From the IMG/VR virus record IMGVR_UViG_3300032007_000009: a stretch of 64,000 nucleotides of DNA. The stretch is one strand, 5' to 3'. Both the position numbers and the translations under genes were made by a program. This stretch comes from a virus. Taxonomy: Duplodnaviria; Caudoviricetes. Positions within the stretch are counted from its first letter, which is position 1. Every line of letters starts with the position of its first letter. Below, piece after piece: positions 58,757-64,000 of the stretch. The notes under the pieces were generated by a model. It saw only the letters and a list, made by a program, of their open reading frames with translations. It ran no database searches and was not told where the DNA came from.

Positions 58757-58900
58757 ATGGGTTATTACAGTAAAGGTTATCAAAGGGCTTTAGAAGCAGC
58801 TGGAGGAGATGAATCAAAAGTTCATAAAAATTATGGGTGGTATGGATCACCAACAGGAACTGAATATGACGATGATGGACGTCCAATTCCATTTACTTAA
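58757..58900 (+). CDS. micro-protein (47 aa)
   Basis: MGYYSKGYQRALEAAGGDESKVHKNYGWYGSPTGTEYDDDGRPIPFT. Confidence 0.55.
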   Translation: MGYYSKGYQRALEAAGGDESKVHKNYGWYGSPTGTEYDDDGRPIPFT

Positions 58901-58928
58901 ATTTATAAATAATATATTAGTTTTATTT

Positions 58929-59039
58929 ATGAAAGATAATTTTGAAATTAAATTTGAATGGAATATTATAGACCACAAAAATGTAGAAAGAATTGGAACT
59001 ATGTATTGTTTCAAAATATGCGAAATAAATATAAATTAA
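58929..59039 (+). CDS. micro-protein (36 aa)
   Basis: MKDNFEIKFEWNII...; internal ATG of track ORF 58809. Confidence 0.4.
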   Translation: MKDNFEIKFEWNIIDHKNVERIGTMYCFKICEININ

Positions 59040-59046
59040 TTAAATT

Positions 59047-59166
59047 ATGACAGAAGAAGAAATTAAAAGACATGAAACTTGGTATAACCAATATTTTGGA
59101 TATACACATTTAACACCAGAAAGAGAATGTAGAAGAGGTGCATTAACTACAAAATCAAAATATTAA
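59047..59166 (+). CDS. micro-protein (39 aa)
   Basis: MTEEEIKRHETWYNQYFGYTHLTPERECRRGALTTKSKY; aattATG context. Confidence 0.55.
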   Translation: MTEEEIKRHETWYNQYFGYTHLTPERECRRGALTTKSKY

Positions 59167-59172
59167 TTAATT

Positions 59173-59283
59173 ATGGCAACAGTTAATAGTGAAGATTTAC
59201 AAAAACAGAAAAATGACCCAGTTATTTATAATGACAAAGGTCACATTACACATGTTCCTGATTGGGCTTATAGTGATATGTAA
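59173..59283 (+). CDS. micro-protein (36 aa)
   Basis: MATVNSEDLQKQKNDPVIYNDKGHITHVPDWAYSDM. Confidence 0.55.
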   Translation: MATVNSEDLQKQKNDPVIYNDKGHITHVPDWAYSDM

Positions 59284-59286
59284 AAT

Positions 59287-59412
59287 ATGACATTAGATGA
59301 AGCTATTGAACATTGTAAAGAAAAGGTAAATGATACTTATTGTGGTCAAGATCATTTACAACTTATGAATTGGTTATTGGAACTTAAATCTTTAAAAAGA
59401 GCTAATATCTAA
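59287..59412 (+). CDS. small conserved phage protein (41 aa)
   Basis: MTLDEAIEHCKE...CGQDHLQLMNWLLELK. Confidence 0.65.
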   Translation: MTLDEAIEHCKEKVNDTYCGQDHLQLMNWLLELKSLKRANI

Positions 59413-59429
59413 ATTAGCTCTTTTTTTTT
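59394..59429 (+). terminator. intrinsic terminator
   Basis: aaaaagagctaat-atctaa-attagctcttttttt. Confidence 0.8.
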
Positions 59430-59452
59430 CATTTAATTTATTAAAAAATTAA

Positions 59453-59487
59453 ATAATATTTAAATTTTTATTAGACAATACTATATT
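59453..59487 (+). promoter_or_regulatory. bipartite promoter candidate
   Basis: ATAATATTTAAA-N16-CTATATT. Confidence 0.6.
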
Positions 59488-59514
59488 ATATTTATAATCA
59501 AACAAATATAAATT

Positions 59515-59649
59515 ATGAATACTTTTAATGTTTTTATTGGAATCTGTTTAGGTTTTATTGGTCTGATGTGGTTGAAAATGGATTATGATTGTGGAAATCC
59601 TAATTCAACTTGGAAAGATTTCTTTAAATATTTTTGGTATAATTGTTAA
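59515..59649 (+). CDS. small membrane protein (44 aa)
   Basis: MNTFNVFIGICLGFIGLMWLK...; first gene after promoter. Confidence 0.55.
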   Translation: MNTFNVFIGICLGFIGLMWLKMDYDCGNPNSTWKDFFKYFWYNC

Positions 59650-59661
59650 TAAGTAAATAAT

Positions 59662-59949
59662 ATGACACTTGATGAGGAAATGAAGCTTTGGGAAGACCGT
59701 TCAAATGATGAGTTCGGTCAGATCCTAACAAAGATTAAAGAAGCAACTAAGGATTATTTATATTCTTGGGAAGAATACGGTATTGAACAGAATATTCTTT
59801 CAATATATATTACTGGATATTCTTTAGATGGAGACCGTAAATATACTGCAACTCATATTATGGATATTTTGATTAATTACGATATTTATAATAATTATAA
59901 GAATGTTAAGACATTAGTAAATAAATTAATTAAACTTGCATATAAGTAA
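59662..59949 (+). CDS. hypothetical protein
   Basis: 95-aa ORF. Confidence 0.7.
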   Translation: MTLDEEMKLWEDRSNDEFGQILTKIKEATKDYLYSWEEYGIEQNILSIYITGYSLDGDRKYTATHIMDILINYDIYNNYKNVKTLVNKLIKLAYK

Positions 59950-59953
59950 TATT

Positions 59954-60355
59954 ATGATTAGACTTCAAAAGAAAATAAATGGATATTTTAATTGTTTAGA
60001 TAGTCAAATGTTAGAATATAATGTAGTTTTCGAATGTGTATTTATATATAATATTTTTGATTATTTTAAAGTTAAGAAAAATACTTCTATATTAATTAAT
60101 ATTATTGAACAAAATGTTAAAGATGTTATTTCTAATAATAGAATTAAATATTTTAATAAAGATAATTTAAATTCATATCAAAAAGAATGTAGTAAGTATA
60201 TTGATTTAAAGAAAACTAACAAAGCTCAAAGAAATATAGAAAATATTATTAAAGATCAATTATCAAAAAAATTCTTAGAATATAATTATAATATTGTTAA
60301 ATTTCAGATAATGCCATGTGATATATGTCATTCATTAAGAGCTGTATTAAGTTAA
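59954..60355 (+). CDS. hypothetical protein
   Basis: ATG after upstream stop. Confidence 0.65.
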   Translation: MIRLQKKINGYFNCLDSQMLEYNVVFECVFIYNIFDYFKVKKNTSILINIIEQNVKDVISNNRIKYFNKDNLNSYQKECSKYIDLKKTNKAQRNIENIIKDQLSKKFLEYNYNIVKFQIMPCDICHSLRAVLS

Positions 60356-60362
60356 TATTGAA

Positions 60363-60938
60363 ATGAAATTAAAAGGTAAATCTAGAAATCAAGCAAAAAC
60401 AATTATAAAACATATTGAATCACTCGGTGGAAAATTTCAACGAGAATGTCCTGGAGGTTCAATATATTGTTCATTAAATGCTATACGTCAAATTCGTATA
60501 TCTGACCATATAGCATTAAAAGGTGATATTGATAGAATAGATATTATTATTAAAGATTCTCAATATTTATGTATTTATTATAGAGATATTAAGATATATA
60601 ATAATATAAGTAAAGTTAAACAATGGATTGAAAATGTTGAATATACTATTGCAATAATATTAAGGAATATGGCTACAGTTAATATGATAAGTAGTCGTGA
60701 GTATGAATTTCAAATAGATAAATTAAAAAAGGAAATTAATCTTAAAGAACAGAAATGTAAAGAATATAAAGAAACTATAAAAAATATTAAATTAAAAAAT
60801 ACTGAATTAAGTAATCAGTTAACTTCTAAAACGGCAAAATTAGAAAGAGCTAGAAAATCTATTGAAAAAAATACTAAATATATTGAATTATACCAAAAAT
60901 TATTATCAGAATATAATAAATTAAAAAATAATTCATAA
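60363..60938 (+). CDS. hypothetical protein with IRISDH motif and C-terminal coiled coil
   Basis: SIYCSL...IRISDH; heptad tail. Confidence 0.7.
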   Translation: MKLKGKSRNQAKTIIKHIESLGGKFQRECPGGSIYCSLNAIRQIRISDHIALKGDIDRIDIIIKDSQYLCIYYRDIKIYNNISKVKQWIENVEYTIAIILRNMATVNMISSREYEFQIDKLKKEINLKEQKCKEYKETIKNIKLKNTELSNQLTSKTAKLERARKSIEKNTKYIELYQKLLSEYNKLKNNS

Positions 60939-61018
60939 ATAATGTAATAATTTTATAATTGAACAATATAGTTAATCTATATTTTATATAATGTTAAACT
61001 AAATATATTTTTTAAAAG

Positions 61019-62041
61019 ATGAGAAAATTTATTTTATGTTTGGTCATCATGTTTATGACCGTGTTTAGTGCTAATGCACAAATTGCTACAGAGAATTCAA
61101 ATGGGTTGGATAATGTTTATGTTGGTGTTACTGCCGGTGCATCTACACCACTTGATTTTAATTCAGTATTCCCAGTTAATCCTGCAGTAGGTGTTAAGAT
61201 TGGTAAGGAATTTACTCCTATCTTTGGATTTGAAGTAGAAGGTTTGGCTGTATTGAATGATAATCATTTTACAGATCTTAAGACAACAGTTAAGGCAACA
61301 AATCTTAATGTAAGTGGAGTATTTAATCTTTCTAATGTATTCTTTGGTTATGAAGGTAGACCACGTGTATTTGAAGTTAAGACAAATACAGGTATTGGTT
61401 GGCTTTATTACTGGAAGACTAATAAGAGTGCTTTAAGTTCTAAAACTGGTGTAGATTTTGTATTCAATATTGGAAAGCAACGCGCACATTCAATTATTGT
61501 TACACCAGCAATTTATTGGAATCTTAATAAACTTACTAATTTGGAATTTAATAAGCACAATGCTCAATTTGCTTTAATGGCTTCTTATATTTATCACTTC
61601 AAGACATCTAACGGAACACATCATTTTAAGACTTATGATATTGGAGCAATGACTGATGAGATTAATCGTTTGAATGATGAGCTTGCAAAGAAACCAAAGG
61701 AAGTTGTTGTAGAAAAGGTTGTTAATGTACCTGTTAAGTTGGATGAACGTGCAACAGGATTCGGTGTTAACGAAACAATTTATTTTGCATATGATAGTGA
61801 TAAGTTAGATGCTCGTGCAAAGGAAACTCTTGATAAACTTGGAGAAAATGGTGTTTATGCAATTGATGCATATGCTTCAAGTGAGGGTTCAACAGAGTAT
61901 AACTTGAAACTTTCTCAACGTCGTGCTGATGCAGTAAAGACATATCTTGAAGGTCGTGGTGCACGTGTTGATTCTGCTATTGGACATGGTGTACAATTTG
62001 GTACAACAACTGGTCGTGTAGCAATTGTTAGACTAAAGTAA
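61019..62041 (+). CDS. ompA: Bacteroidetes-type OmpA family outer membrane protein
   Basis: signal peptide SANA-Q, beta-barrel region, linker, IYFAYDSDKL..YASSEG..YNLKLSQRRADAVK. Confidence 0.9.
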   Translation: MRKFILCLVIMFMTVFSANAQIATENSNGLDNVYVGVTAGASTPLDFNSVFPVNPAVGVKIGKEFTPIFGFEVEGLAVLNDNHFTDLKTTVKATNLNVSGVFNLSNVFFGYEGRPRVFEVKTNTGIGWLYYWKTNKSALSSKTGVDFVFNIGKQRAHSIIVTPAIYWNLNKLTNLEFNKHNAQFALMASYIYHFKTSNGTHHFKTYDIGAMTDEINRLNDELAKKPKEVVVEKVVNVPVKLDERATGFGVNETIYFAYDSDKLDARAKETLDKLGENGVYAIDAYASSEGSTEYNLKLSQRRADAVKTYLEGRGARVDSAIGHGVQFGTTTGRVAIVRLK

Positions 62042-62066
62042 TAATTTTATAATATTTTATTTTAGT

Positions 62067-62099
62067 AAAGAGTATACTTTTAAAGTATACTCTTTTTTT
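62067..62099 (+). terminator. intrinsic terminator
   Basis: aaagagtatact-tttaa-agtatactcttttttt. Confidence 0.85.
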
Positions 62100-62161
62100 A
62101 TGCCTTTAATTAATAATCATATTTATTTTTATTTATATAATATGATATTTATTAAATTTAT

Positions 62162-64000
62162 ATGAGTAAATTTACAAACAATATAAAAAATGGATCACAT
62201 GGTGTTTTAAATGCATTAGGATTAAATTATTTAGAAAATAATAGTAGATTTGGATCAAAAACAAATACAATTACTCCAGGTGCACAAGGCGATATTAATA
62301 TGGTTGCATTATTTGCAGGTTTAGCTTTGGGTTTATATGATATAGGAAATATAAACCCTAATACCACTCCTGATAGATTTTATGAAACAATTAAAGGTTC
62401 AAAAAGTAAATCTATATATTGTTTAACAAAGAATATTTTTTCTACGTTATCAGAAACAAAAACTATTTTAATATCTATTAGAGATATATTAAAAACAAAT
62501 AATAAATCAAATGTATCTACTAATATTAGTAACTCATCAGAAAAAACATCTATGATGGTATCTACTCAAGAAATAAAATTTGATGAAAAAAGTGCTAAAG
62601 CATTTAACAATATTATTGATGGTATTATTAAACTTTTAAGTGCTTCAAATATTGATGATGCTAACATAAGGAAGTTTAAAGATATTATTGGGAACAATAA
62701 ATCAGATTTAAATGAATTATTTACAAATATTTCTAGTATCATTAATGGGGGGAATAATATTACTGGAGATATTGAAAAAATAGGAGATGCATTAAACTTA
62801 TTGAATTCAATATTAGATATTAAAAAAATAAATAGAAAATCATTAGATTATTTAGCTAAAGAAACTGGTGAAAATGGAACTATTGATATTATATTTAAAA
62901 ACATTATAAAATTATGTTCATCCGAAGTAACATTAAATAAAAATATTAATATATTAAAAAATATATTTGAATCATTATCAGTTGTAGCAAATATTGGATT
63001 AATACAAAGACAAAATATTAAAAAATCAGTAAAGTTTATAAAAAATGATATAATTGATTCATTAAAAGAAATAATTGAAAAAATTAATGATATTAGTGGA
63101 GGATATAATGAATTAGAAATTTCTATATCTAATTTAACTTCAATATTTAATTGTATTGCAGATATTCCCGAAATTGGTTTAAAAAAAAGATTATTACTTA
63201 GAAGAAATATTTTGTTTTTTAAAAATTATCTATTAGATTCAATTATAAGTATATTAAATTCTCTTATAAAAGTATCTAATAATGCTAATAAAGAAGGTAA
63301 TGAAGCATTAACAATTTTAAATAATCTTTTCAATACAATATTTAAAGTTGTTGATTTTAATTTTATAACTTTAATTAAATTAGACTTTAAACTTAGATAT
63401 TTAGAATCAATTATACGACAAAATATTTTTGAATCATTATTACAATCTATTATAAAAGAATCTTCAAATATTAAAAATAGTGAAGGGTCTTTAGAAGATC
63501 TTAATGATTTCTTTTTTACATTAGGAGATTTAGTAGAATTCATAAATAATATGGATTTAAAAAGTACAGGTTTTAAATTATTGTTCATAAATAAAAGTAT
63601 AATTGGTAATATTATTAATACAATTGAACTTTATAATAATTTATTAAGTGGTCAACAGATAAATTTAGATTCATTAAATAATATTAAAGTATTTTTTGAA
63701 AAATTTATTTCTGTTAGTGAAACAATCTTAAAAATAAAATATAAAGAATTATATAAAAACTTAAATGATTTAGATGAATTGATTGTATTAATGAGTCATT
63801 TAGAAGATTTACCAGATGAAAAACATTTAACAAATTTTCAAAATAGTTTAACAGAAATACTAAGTGCATTTAGTTTATATAATAATACTGAATTATCTCA
63901 AATTTTAGTATATTGTGAAGACAATATTGAAAAAGTAAACAATATTGTAATATCTCTTAATGATATAATTAAAAAATGGCCAACATTTAATAAAGATACT
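62162..64000 (+). CDS. long helical protein, tape-measure-like, truncated by the window end (absent from ORF track because it has no stop)
   Basis: open frame from ATG 62162 (MSKFTNNIKNGSHGVLNALG...), over 600 codons, amphipathic-helical; TTTATTTTTA upstream. Confidence 0.65.
   Translation, partial: MSKFTNNIKNGSHGVLNALGLNYLENNSRFGSKTNTITPGAQGDINMVALFAGLALGLYDIGNINPNTTPDRFYETIKGSKSKSIYCLTKNIFSTLSETKTILISIRDILKTNNKSNVSTNISNSSEKTSMMVSTQEIKFDEKSAKAFNNIIDGIIKLLSASNIDDANIRKFKDIIGNNKSDLNELFTNISSIINGGNNITGDIEKIGDALNLLNSILDIKKINRKSLDYLAKETGENGTIDIIFKNIIKLCSSEVTLNKNINILKNIFESLSVVANIGLIQRQNIKKSVKFIKNDIIDSLKEIIEKINDISGGYNELEISISNLTSIFNCIADIPEIGLKKRLLLRRNILFFKNYLLDSIISILNSLIKVSNNANKEGNEALTILNNLFNTIFKVVDFNFITLIKLDFKLRYLESIIRQNIFESLLQSIIKESSNIKNSEGSLEDLNDFFFTLGDLVEFINNMDLKSTGFKLLFINKSIIGNIINTIELYNNLLSGQQINLDSLNNIKVFFEKFISVSETILKIKYKELYKNLNDLDELIVLMSHLEDLPDEKHLTNFQNSLTEILSAFSLYNNTELSQILVYCEDNIEKVNNIVISLNDIIKKWPTFNKDT

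Noticed and set aside
58809-58928. 5' part of track ORF 58809..59039
   Set aside because: Overlaps a better-supported ORF (58757-58900) in another frame; the true start is more likely 58929.
63226-63588. Minus-strand 120-aa ORF
   Set aside because: Antisense to the long open plus-strand frame starting at 62162.
1-64000. Lak-megaphage-style TAG-to-Gln recoding
   Set aside because: Coding density is near complete in code 11, long structural genes have no internal TAG, and TAG at 24638 and 57773 behaves as a stop (followed by a promoter motif or terminator).
1-64000. tRNA genes, introns or inteins (e.g. in PolB)
   Set aside because: No cloverleaf/T-loop pattern seen in the intergenic gaps and PolB motifs are contiguous without intein signatures; tRNAscan-SE was not run.

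Overview
Very AT-rich, densely coded segment of a large (jumbo-type) T4-like myophage genome read in the standard code 11. The likely host is a Bacteroidetes: the window has a Bacteroidetes-type OmpA and malate dehydrogenase, signal peptides cleaved before Gln, no Shine-Dalgarno sites and TAnnTTT-like promoters. Layout: tail/baseplate block (1.2-17.9 kb, mostly minus strand); plus-strand early/middle accessory block (18-33 kb: DnaQ-like exonuclease, YqeY, S1-domain protein, methyltransferase, MDH, YkuK, SprT); BspA-type LRR protein; family B DNA polymerase; collagen/fibre genes and a lysis pair (38.5-45.8 kb); head-completion region in which gp4-like and gp2-like genes are interleaved with many small genes (46-55 kb); dUTPase, micro-ORF cluster, OmpA; and the start of a long helical, tape-measure-like ORF running off the end. 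The most striking signal is that about 12 otherwise unrelated proteins share a short N-terminal tag, MK-x-(L/I/F/Y)-x(1-3)-(F/Y)-(I/L/V)-x-E, resembling the T4 internal-protein capsid-targeting sequence. They include a NUDIX hydrolase and two PD-(D/E)XK nuclease-like proteins, suggesting an address-tagged, virion-packaged effector cargo system. No tRNA, CRISPR array, transposase or reverse transcriptase was seen. All functional calls come from reading motifs by eye, not from database searches.
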